Assembly (NCBI GenBank): GCA_964576265.1
Contig: CAZNVB010000202.1
Location: forward strand, 1-42,496
Reading direction: 5' to 3'
DNA from: an uncultured Eubacteriales bacterium
GTDB lineage: Bacteria > Acidobacteriota > Aminicenantia > Aminicenantales > UBA8522
DNA: 42,496 bases
A model generated the notes under the pieces. The model was given only the letters and a program-made list of their open reading frames with translations. It did not search any database and was not told where the DNA came from. Each line of letters begins with the position of its first letter. Within the stretch, counting starts at the first letter, position 1. Below, piece by piece: positions 19,083 to 27,379 of the stretch. A program made the translations under genes and the position numbers.

Positions 19083-22000
19083 ATGGCCAACAGCCGAAGA
19101 GAAATCTCAGAAAAAAAATTGACGACGGGGGGAATCATCTTATTTTTCTTATTTTTTTCTATGTTATATTCCACGCCTCCTTCGCCGACGCTCGACGATC
19201 CCAAGCATCTCGAGCCCTGCATTTATCAAGAAAATTTCGAGACCAACGAACTCAATGCCTGGGCTTCTTATCCCCTCTGGCAGGATACGGCCTTTGACCC
19301 GAATCTCCGACCGGGACGAATCGTTCCCGGCGATCCGAACATCTCTCTTCTTTTGCGAGTCACTCCCTACAGCCACGTCGATCAGTATGCCGGAGCCCAG
19401 AAAGAGCTCGATTTATGGTTCACTCCCGATTCCAAAATCAGCTTGAAATTCTATCTCAAGACCGAAGGAAAAGCGGAATATCTGAAAATCCGGCTGGGAG
19501 CCGGAAAAGAAGGCCAAATCGATTTCACTTTTTCCGATCCTCCGACCAACCGCTGGCATGAAGTCACCGTTACACAGAAGGATTTGGCCGCTCAAAACCC
19601 CGGACTGGCCGGCCGGACAATCGAGTTAAAGGGACTCGCGGTTTTAGCCAAGTTCCCGAACGCCGACCCGGCCATGCCGATTTATTTCGGCCTGGACGAT
19701 ATTGTCATCAACGCCGCCCGGTCAGCTGAATTTGTTTTCCTCGAACCCCAGACGAACAAACTGGCTGAATGGAAACCCTTGATCATCAGCCGTCATTATC
19801 AGCGAGGAGAAATCTTTCAGGTCAAAGGCCGCTGGCCGTTCGCGTCCGAGCGCGTCCTTCTGCGGGTCTCGGACTTCGCTTCAAGAACAAAAATCGTTTT
19901 CCAATCCCGGCTCAAGCCGACGGCCGACGGATGGATTCTTCCGCCTGTCAAACTGGATTGGCCGGAGGGGCTTTATCTCGGCGAAATTGTCGCCCAGACG
20001 TCTGGAACCGAAACGGCCAGGACGCCGTTCACTCTCCTCGTCGCCCCAGCCAATCTCTCCGGAAGACATCCGCGGTTGTGGTTCGATGATCGAGGCCTGG
20101 AGCTAGCGAGAGTCCGGATCGGCGAAGAACGCTTCCGTCAGCTCGCCGAATCCCTTTCCAGGAGTGCCCGAGAAGCCAGGGAAAATCTGCCGCTTGAGAA
20201 CGTGATCTTCGATATCGATATCTTTCCCAAGGACGAGCCGACCCTGGGAAATGTCCCGCGATCAATTTACGCCTGGTTTGACCGGATTCGTCCGTGGCGG
20301 ACAGCGGTCCGGCAGAACTCCCTGGCCTACGCGCTGCTCGACGATCAGGAAGCGGGACTGTACGCCAAAGGCTTGATCGTCCGCCTCTGCGGCTTCCCGA
20401 TCTGGCTCCATCCCTGGTTCGAAAGCCGAGGCCAGCATATTTATTATCCTGTCGGCGAGCTTGGAATGGACGTCGCTCTCGCCTATGACCTCGTCTTCGG
20501 TCTGCTGAGTGAAGAGGAACGGAAAATCGTCCGCGCCGGCCTGCGAAGAAACGTCGTCGATGGCTGCCACCGCAGCTATGTAGAAGACGATCTTGTCACG
20601 AACAACACCTCCAACTGGGTCGCCCACATCACAGGAGGATCGTTGATGAGCCAGGCGGCAATCTATGGGGACGGCGAGGACGGCGCCAGCGTCGAGCCTT
20701 ATTTCACCGGAGCTGTGTTCAAACTCCATGACATGATCCAAAAATCGATCGGCCGGGATGGAGGCTACGGGGAGAGCTACGGCTACTGCAATTTCACCAT
20801 GGAATCTCTCTCTAAAGCCCTTCCGGCCCTGATCAACGTTTTCCACATCGATCTCTCCGGTCCCATCGCCCTGACTTATCAGGATATTGCCTGGGCGACT
20901 CTTTTTGACAAAAAATTCTTTTTTTATTTCGGCGACAGCAGTGGAAACCTCGGCCCGATGACCAACTGGGCCTGGTTTCTGGCGAAGCGGAGCGATCCCC
21001 TTCTTGGCTGGCTCTATCATTTTTTCAAAAAGGAGGAAACGCTTGCCGACCTCCTCTACCCGACGGATCAGGCGCCGCGGCACGACCCGTTCGGCGAGAA
21101 TCCCGTTCGGCTTTTCAGGGACATCGGGACCACCGTCTTCCGCAGCGGCTGGGATAAAGACGATTTTGTCTTTGTCATGAGAAGTGGGCCTTTCTACAAT
21201 CACCAGCATCTCGATCAGGGGACTTTTTGGCTGGCCGACCGGGGGGAAGTTTTCATCAAAGAACGACAAGGAAGCACCTATTACGACGACCCGATCTACC
21301 AATCTCATTACACCCAGCCCGTGGCCCATTCGACGATTCTCATCAACCGCAATCCCCAGAGCCAGCGGGTCGGCGATCCGCTCCGCTTCATTGACGGCTT
21401 TGCCGATCAGGCGTCCGTCGATCATTTTCTTGACGGCACTCGGGCGGCCTTTGTTTCCGGGGATATCGGAAGACTTTATTGGAACAAAATCCGCTCGCTG
21501 AAGCGGAACGTCCTCTATCTCAAGCCCAGGACTGTTCTGATGCTCGATACGGTCGAGCCGGCGGAAAACGATGCGGAAGTTACGATTCTCTATCAGGCTG
21601 GAGAGTTCAAGGATATCCATCCCGATCGAACCGCCTCGGCCATCCACAAAGGCAGTCAAACGCTTTCCATCGCCCATCTCTGGCCCGAGAATAGAGATGT
21701 CCGGGTGGAAGAGACCCCCCTCTACATCAACACCCTGAAGACGTCGAACCCTCTCGTTCGTGAGGGAATGCTCACCGTGACCACGAGAACAGATTCCGGC
21801 CCGCTGGTCGTGGCCAACCTGCTGACGACGGCCGCCGGAAAAGATGTCCTGACCGGGTCCATAGAAAAGCGATCGGGATGCGTCGAAGGCCGGATGGAAG
21901 ATCTTTTTTTCATCTTTTCCACTCGACCAGGCGGAATCTATAAGACTCCCCTTTGGACGAGCGACGCGCTGGCCTTGACCTGGAAAGACGAATGGCGGTT

Positions 22001-22259
22001 TGCCGCTCTGTGCACCACTTTATTTGAAAACGGAGTTCCGGTCCTTCAATCGAGCGAACCCTTGACCTGCGAAATCCTGCCGAAAAAGATGAAAGGCTAT
22101 CTTTCCCGGCCCGGCGAGATCAGTCTGCGACGAGAAAAAAGGCCGCGGTCGATCGTTTTGGGGAAGAAAAAATTGGATAAATTTATCTGGGAAGACAAAA
22201 GCCGGATGCTGAAGCTTCGTCTTCCCGCCGGAGAGAGTGTCCTTGTCTTTTATGATTGA
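19083..22259 (+). CDS. Heparinase II/III-family polysaccharide lyase-like protein, paralogue 4
   Basis: RBS AAGGAGA; N-terminal hydrophobic segment. HPRLWF, SNWVAH, DGGYGESYGY, FGD, HQHLDQGTF, AHSTILIN. Closest to paralogue 1. Confidence 0.85.
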   Translation: MANSRREISEKKLTTGGIILFFLFFSMLYSTPPSPTLDDPKHLEPCIYQENFETNELNAWASYPLWQDTAFDPNLRPGRIVPGDPNISLLLRVTPYSHVDQYAGAQKELDLWFTPDSKISLKFYLKTEGKAEYLKIRLGAGKEGQIDFTFSDPPTNRWHEVTVTQKDLAAQNPGLAGRTIELKGLAVLAKFPNADPAMPIYFGLDDIVINAARSAEFVFLEPQTNKLAEWKPLIISRHYQRGEIFQVKGRWPFASERVLLRVSDFASRTKIVFQSRLKPTADGWILPPVKLDWPEGLYLGEIVAQTSGTETARTPFTLLVAPANLSGRHPRLWFDDRGLELARVRIGEERFRQLAESLSRSAREARENLPLENVIFDIDIFPKDEPTLGNVPRSIYAWFDRIRPWRTAVRQNSLAYALLDDQEAGLYAKGLIVRLCGFPIWLHPWFESRGQHIYYPVGELGMDVALAYDLVFGLLSEEERKIVRAGLRRNVVDGCHRSYVEDDLVTNNTSNWVAHITGGSLMSQAAIYGDGEDGASVEPYFTGAVFKLHDMIQKSIGRDGGYGESYGYCNFTMESLSKALPALINVFHIDLSGPIALTYQDIAWATLFDKKFFFYFGDSSGNLGPMTNWAWFLAKRSDPLLGWLYHFFKKEETLADLLYPTDQAPRHDPFGENPVRLFRDIGTTVFRSGWDKDDFVFVMRSGPFYNHQHLDQGTFWLADRGEVFIKERQGSTYYDDPIYQSHYTQPVAHSTILINRNPQSQRVGDPLRFIDGFADQASVDHFLDGTRAAFVSGDIGRLYWNKIRSLKRNVLYLKPRTVLMLDTVEPAENDAEVTILYQAGEFKDIHPDRTASAIHKGSQTLSIAHLWPENRDVRVEETPLYINTLKTSNPLVREGMLTVTTRTDSGPLVVANLLTTAAGKDVLTGSIEKRSGCVEGRMEDLFFIFSTRPGGIYKTPLWTSDALALTWKDEWRFAALCTTLFENGVPVLQSSEPLTCEILPKKMKGYLSRPGEISLRREKRPRSIVLGKKKLDKFIWEDKSRMLKLRLPAGESVLVFYD

Positions 22260-22274
22260 CACAAGGAGGATGAA

Positions 22275-23633
22275 ATGAAGAGACGAGCCTTTTTAGCCGG
22301 GTCATCGGCCGCCGCCGCTTCGGCTCTGGCCGGCGCCTGGGGCTGCCGGAATGAAAATGTCTCCGATCACGGGGCGGGAACGGAAGGACCGGGGAAAATC
22401 CAAAGCGCCACGCCTTTTTCCATTTCGGATCTCGAGCGCCTAAAAAAGCAATACGAATACGACCTTTACGAGGACTTTCTTCCCTTCATGGAGAAATATG
22501 TCATCGACCACGAATACGGCGGGTTCATGTGCAACACCGACCGCGACGGGACAAATCTCTCAACGGATAAGAACACCTGGTACGAAGGTCGCGGAATCTG
22601 GGTCTATTCGTTTCTCTACAACAACCTCGCCCGGGAAGCCAAGTATCTCGACGTGGCCGCTAAATCCGCCGAGTTCATCCTTAAACATAAACCGGCGGGC
22701 GATGGACTCTGGCCTTCCGCTTTCACCCGCGAAGGGGAAGCCAAGGGAGAACCGGATGCCAGAGGCTACGGCGACCTGTTCGTGGCCGGCGGGCTGGCGG
22801 AACTTGCCAAAGCTTCGGGTGAGAAAAAATATTTCGACCTGGCCAAAGAAATCATCGCCAAAGTCATCCGCCTTTACGATCGGGAAGATTACCATCCGGA
22901 AGCCGGCCGGAGTTATCTCGGACCGACGGCCCCACAGACACCCGGGGCTCGCGTTCTCGGCGTCTGGATGGTCCTGATCAACACGGCAACCCAGATGCTG
23001 GATCACATTGCCGACGCCGAAATTTTGGCCGTGGCCGACCGGGCTCTCGAGGCGATAATGACGTATCATTACAACCCGGATTTCGACCTTCTCAACGAGA
23101 TCCTGAATCACGATCTGTCTCGGCCCCAGAACGAATATGCTCAATTTTCTTATACCGGCCATGCCATCGAGACGCTGTGGATGGTTCTTTATGAGGCCGC
23201 CCGGAGGAGGGACAAAGCCCTCTTTGATCTGGCGGCGCGGCGCTTCCGGCGGCACGTGGAGGTCGCCTGGGACGATGTTTACGGCGGCGCCTTCCGCTCG
23301 CTTGATCATGTCGATAAGAATATCTGGAAAGTCGATAAAGTCCTCTGGCTCCAGGAGGAAGTTCTGATCGGCTCTCTCTTTCTCATCGAGCACACCGGAG
23401 CCTCCTGGGCCCGGGAGATGTTCGATCGGATGAACAGCTATGTCCGAGAAAAATTCACTCTCCAACAATACGGATTTCCCCTCTGGATGCACGCCGCCGA
23501 CCGCAAAGCGACCTTTGAAAGACATTCCAACCGGGTAGAAAACTTTCATCACCCGCGTCATCTCATGCTCAACCTGCTTTCCATCCGGAGAATGATCGAC
23601 CGGAAGGGCAGAGTCTCCGGTCTATTTGCCTGA
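22275..23633 (+). CDS. AGE-family (N-acylglucosamine 2-epimerase-like) protein, Tat lipoprotein
   Basis: RBS AAGGAGG; signal MKRRAFLAG...LAGAWGC. Family motifs LPF...IDHEYGGF.C..DRDG, K..WYEGRGIW, GHAIETLW, WDDVYGG, KVLWLQEE, FHHPRHL. Confidence 0.9.
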   Translation: MKRRAFLAGSSAAAASALAGAWGCRNENVSDHGAGTEGPGKIQSATPFSISDLERLKKQYEYDLYEDFLPFMEKYVIDHEYGGFMCNTDRDGTNLSTDKNTWYEGRGIWVYSFLYNNLAREAKYLDVAAKSAEFILKHKPAGDGLWPSAFTREGEAKGEPDARGYGDLFVAGGLAELAKASGEKKYFDLAKEIIAKVIRLYDREDYHPEAGRSYLGPTAPQTPGARVLGVWMVLINTATQMLDHIADAEILAVADRALEAIMTYHYNPDFDLLNEILNHDLSRPQNEYAQFSYTGHAIETLWMVLYEAARRRDKALFDLAARRFRRHVEVAWDDVYGGAFRSLDHVDKNIWKVDKVLWLQEEVLIGSLFLIEHTGASWAREMFDRMNSYVREKFTLQQYGFPLWMHAADRKATFERHSNRVENFHHPRHLMLNLLSIRRMIDRKGRVSGLFA

Positions 23634-23644
23634 GGGGGACACGG

Positions 23645-23812
23645 ATGTGCAGAATACGGCATGTCCGTGGCCGACTTCGATGCCAACGGCAGCTCGGCCT
23701 CTTGGCGGCTAAGAAATATGATCTCTTCGTTCGATTATCGTCGAGGATGGAAGTCGTCCTGAGGGATGTCGCCCTCGGCCAAACTTTCCGGATCAGCGAA
23801 CCGAAAAAATAA
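23645..23812 (+). pseudogene. Possible relic of an FG-GAP/ASPIC-UnbV (CRTAC1-like) gene, or a 55 aa small ORF
   Basis: One frame reads YGMSVADFDANG (FG-GAP-like; MSVADFDANG at 23661-23690). The frame of ATG 23645 ends LGLLAAKKYDLFVRLSSRMEVVLRDVALGQTFRISEPKK*, resembling an ASPIC/UnbV C-terminus. Confidence 0.4.
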
Positions 23813-23888
23813 AAAAATTTCCAGATCGGTCGCCGGCCCATGAAAATTTCGATCAATCATGATCACGGCCGGCCGGTCCGAAGACGAG

Positions 23889-23917
23889 TTCTTTATCCCC
23901 GCAAAATATGATATGCT
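23889..23917 (+). promoter_or_regulatory. Candidate extended -10 promoter for the amidohydrolase pair
   Basis: TGATATGCT extended -10, with a weak -35 (TTCTTT) 17 nt upstream. Confidence 0.35.
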
Positions 23918-23944
23918 TTTTTAGAATGGAAAGAGGAAAAACCG

Positions 23945-24703
23945 ATGGACAAAATGCGCTTTTTCGACTGCAACTGCTCAATCGGGAGGATAGGATATCC
24001 TCACCTTCTGGATATCCCCGACGTTTCTGGCCTAAGGCGCGAGATGAAGACCGCCGGAATTGAAGAAGCTCTCGTCTATCACGTCCTGGCCCGCGACGGC
24101 CATCCTCCTCTCGGCAACACGCTTCTCCTCGAGGAGATCAAAGGCCAGGCCGGCCTCTATCCTGTCTGGGTCCTCCTCCCCCATCACACGGGAGAAATGC
24201 CGCCGCCTGAAAGACTCCTGGAGGAGATGAAAAGCAAGGGAGTCCGGGCCGCCAGGGTTTACCCCGGACGCCTTCACCACAGTTTCACCCTAGCCGAGTG
24301 GTCAAGCGGCGAACTCTTGACAGCCCTCGAGACAGCCAGGCTTCCGCTCATCCTGGACATCGAAATCGTCACCTGGGAGGAGGTGCATTCCCTGCTTCAG
24401 AAATACCCTCAGCTGCCGATCGTCCTGGCGAATTTCACCTACCGGCACAACCGCTTCCTCTATCCGTTGTGGGAACGGTTCGACAGCCTGTACATTGAAA
24501 TTTCCCGCTTCATGGGCGGAGGGGCCATCGAGGACGCCGTTCGAAGGTTTGGCTCCCGTCGGATTCTCTTCGGGACAAACATGCCCCATTATACGGGGAC
24601 GGCGGCTGTCGCCCGGCTGACCTATGCCGACATCTCCTGGGATGATAAGAAAGCGATTGCGGCGGACAATCTCGATCGAATCCTGAAGGAGGTCTGGTCA
24701 TGA
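23945..24703 (+). CDS. Amidohydrolase-2 family TIM-barrel protein with degenerate metal site
   Basis: FFDCNC in place of D-x-H-x-H; M..AGIEEALV, YPQLPIVLAN, LYIEIS, FGSRRILFGTNMP, IAADN..R. Confidence 0.8.
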   Translation: MDKMRFFDCNCSIGRIGYPHLLDIPDVSGLRREMKTAGIEEALVYHVLARDGHPPLGNTLLLEEIKGQAGLYPVWVLLPHHTGEMPPPERLLEEMKSKGVRAARVYPGRLHHSFTLAEWSSGELLTALETARLPLILDIEIVTWEEVHSLLQKYPQLPIVLANFTYRHNRFLYPLWERFDSLYIEISRFMGGGAIEDAVRRFGSRRILFGTNMPHYTGTAAVARLTYADISWDDKKAIAADNLDRILKEVWS

Positions 24704-25500
24704 CGGATTATTTCGCCCAGATTCACCGCGGTCTCCCCTTGAACGATGTCGAGATCATCGATCTTCATGCTCATCTCGGCCCCTACTTCAACATGCACAG
24801 CCCCTCGACCGAAGCCGCGGACGTCGTCCGGATGATGGACCTCTGCGGCATCGAAAAGGCGGTCATCTCGACGACCTTCAGTTTTGACACGGATATTGTC
24901 CTGGGGAATACGACCATGCTCCGGGCGATCGATTCGTTTCCCGGGCGGCTTTACGGCGCTTGCGGAATCAACGGGAACTATCCGGAGCTCTCGCTCGATG
25001 AGCTGGAACGGACATTCAGGCGGCCCGACGTCGTCATGATCAAGGTCCACCCGATCAGCTCAAAATGCCGACTCGACGACCGCCGGATGAATCGCCTCTT
25101 TGATTTTGCCTCGAGCAGACGGCTCTTTGTCCTTGTTCACACCTGGCTGGACAATGATCCTTACGGAAATCAGGATCTTTTCGCTTCGGTCGCCGCCTCA
25201 TATCCGGAGATCAAATGGATCATGGGCCATTCCGGAGGCCCTTATGGAAGCATCCATGCGGTAGAGCTGGCTCAGAAGACGCCGAATATTTTTCTTGATC
25301 TGACTTTGTCGATGTGCCCGGCGCGTCAGGTAGAATTTTTTGTCCAAGAAATCGGCTCGGAGCGGGTCCTCTTCGGAACCGACAGTCCTTTTCTCGATCC
25401 GCGTCTCCAAATCGGCCGGGTCGCTCTGGCCGATATTCCTCAAGCGGACAGAATCAACATCTTCGGCGCCAACGCCCGGCGCCATATCCAATTCGTCTGA
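24700..25500 (+). CDS. Amidohydrolase-2 family metallohydrolase
   Basis: IIDLHAHLG, IKVHP, VLVHT, WIMGHSG, ERVLFGTDSP, IFGANARR. ATGA overlap with the upstream paralogue. Confidence 0.9.
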   Translation: MTDYFAQIHRGLPLNDVEIIDLHAHLGPYFNMHSPSTEAADVVRMMDLCGIEKAVISTTFSFDTDIVLGNTTMLRAIDSFPGRLYGACGINGNYPELSLDELERTFRRPDVVMIKVHPISSKCRLDDRRMNRLFDFASSRRLFVLVHTWLDNDPYGNQDLFASVAASYPEIKWIMGHSGGPYGSIHAVELAQKTPNIFLDLTLSMCPARQVEFFVQEIGSERVLFGTDSPFLDPRLQIGRVALADIPQADRINIFGANARRHIQFV

Positions 25501-25611
25501 GTCAACTTGGGGGGAGATCGCTTCGCGTCCCGCTTTTCTCGGCTGCTCCGACGAGGGACTCCGGGCGGCACCGAACAAAGGGATATCCGCAGTTCTTCAG
25601 GCGGCTTGGGG

Positions 25612-26583
25612 CTAACGCTCAAGCCAGGTTCCTATTCCCTTCTCTAGAGCCCGCCGGTAAACGAGTGGAGCGACGGCCATATCGTCCAGAGCGAGACCCA
25701 AATTGCAGGTCATCGTCCTTTCGTCAGCGGATTGCCGGCCGGGCTTCCGCCCGCAAACCAGCTCGCCCAGTTCGGCATAAACGGGCGGGATCTTCTGGAA
25801 ATAGCCGATCGATCGATAGTATTCAAGTTGAGGGAGATCATCCGTCAAGAATTTATCGACCTCAAATAGAGCATCGGGATGCCAGTAGGAATCGAAATCG
25901 ACAAGCGAGGCAAAAGCCCCGGCATCGAGCCAGCCCGCCTTGATGGTGGCATGGGGGATTTTGAGGATCGGTCCTGCGGTAATGACGATGTCGGAGCCGC
26001 TGACCGCCTCCCGCGGGCTACGAGCAGGCACAACCTCAAGTCCGTAGCGGCCTTTCATGTCCCGGGCATATTGATCGAGTGCGGCCGGACGAATATCGTA
26101 GGCTTTGATTTTCTCGATCGGAAACAGGACTCTCAAAGCTTCGATGTTGCTTCTGCCCTGGACGCCGCAGCCCAGGACGCCGGCGATACGAGAGTCGGGC
26201 CGGGCTAAAAACTTTGCCGCCACGGCGGTCGCTGCCCCCGTTCGCTGGGCCGTGATCCAAGTTCCGTCCATCACAGCCAAGGGAAAACCGGTCTCCGGAT
26301 CGTTGAGGATGATCAGTCCGCTGAGATAAGGCAATCCCTTTTTTTGGTTTTCGGGAAATCCGCTCACCCACTTCATCCCAGCCGAGCGGAGTCCGGGAAT
26401 ATAGGCCGGCATGGCGTGGATGAAGGAATCGGGCCGCGGATGAATGCCCGGCTTGGGGGGCATCTCGACCCGGCCTTCCCCTTTTTCTCGAAACATGAAC
26501 TCAAGGGCGGAGATGATTTCTTTCATCTCCATTCCCAGGGATTCCACTTCAGACCGAGAAAGATAGAGAATTCGTTCGTCCAT
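25612..26583 (-). CDS. Ornithine cyclodeaminase/mu-crystallin family protein
   Basis: MPPK, HAMPAY, GMKWVSGFPEN, DPETGFPLAVMDGTWITAQRTGAA, GCGVQG, NLGLALDDMAVA. Confidence 0.93.
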   Translation of the reverse strand: MDERILYLSRSEVESLGMEMKEIISALEFMFREKGEGRVEMPPKPGIHPRPDSFIHAMPAYIPGLRSAGMKWVSGFPENQKKGLPYLSGLIILNDPETGFPLAVMDGTWITAQRTGAATAVAAKFLARPDSRIAGVLGCGVQGRSNIEALRVLFPIEKIKAYDIRPAALDQYARDMKGRYGLEVVPARSPREAVSGSDIVITAGPILKIPHATIKAGWLDAGAFASLVDFDSYWHPDALFEVDKFLTDDLPQLEYYRSIGYFQKIPPVYAELGELVCGRKPGRQSADERTMTCNLGLALDDMAVAPLVYRRALEKGIGTWLER

Positions 26584-26659
26584 GTCGGACCTCTAAAGCC
26601 GATTTTCAGCCCAGGCGAAGATTCTTTGCTCCGAGAGAACAGCCTCGCCCGGCATAAAC

Positions 26660-26690
26660 TTGACAATCGATACGATATAACATATATCAA
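26660..26690 (+). promoter_or_regulatory. GntR promoter region with inverted repeat (candidate autoregulatory operator)
   Basis: TTGACA at 26660-26665. Inverted repeat GATATA-aca-TATATC at 26674-26688. No Shine-Dalgarno before ATG 26696. Confidence 0.5.
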
Positions 26691-26695
26691 ATACA

Positions 26696-27379
26696 ATGAA
26701 AAAAGAACTAGATCTCGGGTATCGTTCTTTAAAAAACCTGGTCTATGATTACTTGCGCGATCAGATGCAAAAAGGCGAACTCAGACAAGGGGCAACGATC
26801 AATATGGAGCAGACGGCCCAGAAGCTCGGTGTCAGCAAGACGCCTCTTCGGGAAGCCTTAATCAAGCTCGAGGCGGAAGGCTTCGTCAAAATTCAGCCCT
26901 GGCGAGGCGTCGTCGTCAGCGAGCTGACGCTTCAAGATTTCAAAGACTGCTACCAGATTATCGGTGCCCTCGAGTTCTCGGCTCTGATGGCCGCCGCACC
27001 GCGGTTGAAGGAGCAGGACATTCAAAGGATGGAATTGCTCGACGAGGAAATGGAGAGGGCGCTTGAGTCGGGCGATTTCGACAGCTATTATGATCGGAAC
27101 ATCGAATTCCACCGCACCTACATCGACCTGGCGGAAAATCAGGTCCTGGCAGAGATGGTGGATGTTTTGAAGAAAAAACTTTATGAGTTTGCCCGTCCGA
27201 AGGAATTCATCAAAGAATGGGAGGACGTCTCGATGGAAGAGCACCGGCACTTCGTCAACCTCCTCAAGCAGGGGAATTTTGCCGGCGCGGCGGAATTCCT
27301 CCGCGATACAATCTGGTCCTTCGAGGCTCAGAAGAAATTCATCGTCAAATACTACCATTTCGAAAACAAGAACTCATGA
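26696..27379 (+). CDS. GntR-family (FadR/FCD) transcriptional regulator
   Basis: HTH segment AQKLGVSKTPLREALIKLEAEGFV; FCD features NIEFH and EEH. Confidence 0.95.
   Translation: MKKELDLGYRSLKNLVYDYLRDQMQKGELRQGATINMEQTAQKLGVSKTPLREALIKLEAEGFVKIQPWRGVVVSELTLQDFKDCYQIIGALEFSALMAAAPRLKEQDIQRMELLDEEMERALESGDFDSYYDRNIEFHRTYIDLAENQVLAEMVDVLKKKLYEFARPKEFIKEWEDVSMEEHRHFVNLLKQGNFAGAAEFLRDTIWSFEAQKKFIVKYYHFENKNS

Noticed and set aside
20262-21677. 471 aa - strand ORF, and similar long antisense ORFs such as 8897-10135, 7520-8560, 22560-23561 and 27352-28251
   Set aside because: All lie opposite well-supported genes and show no family motifs.
27217-27375. N-terminal extension of the 2-hydroxyacid dehydrogenase ORF
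   Set aside because: Overlaps the gntR coding region. The ATGA-coupled start at 27376 fits better.
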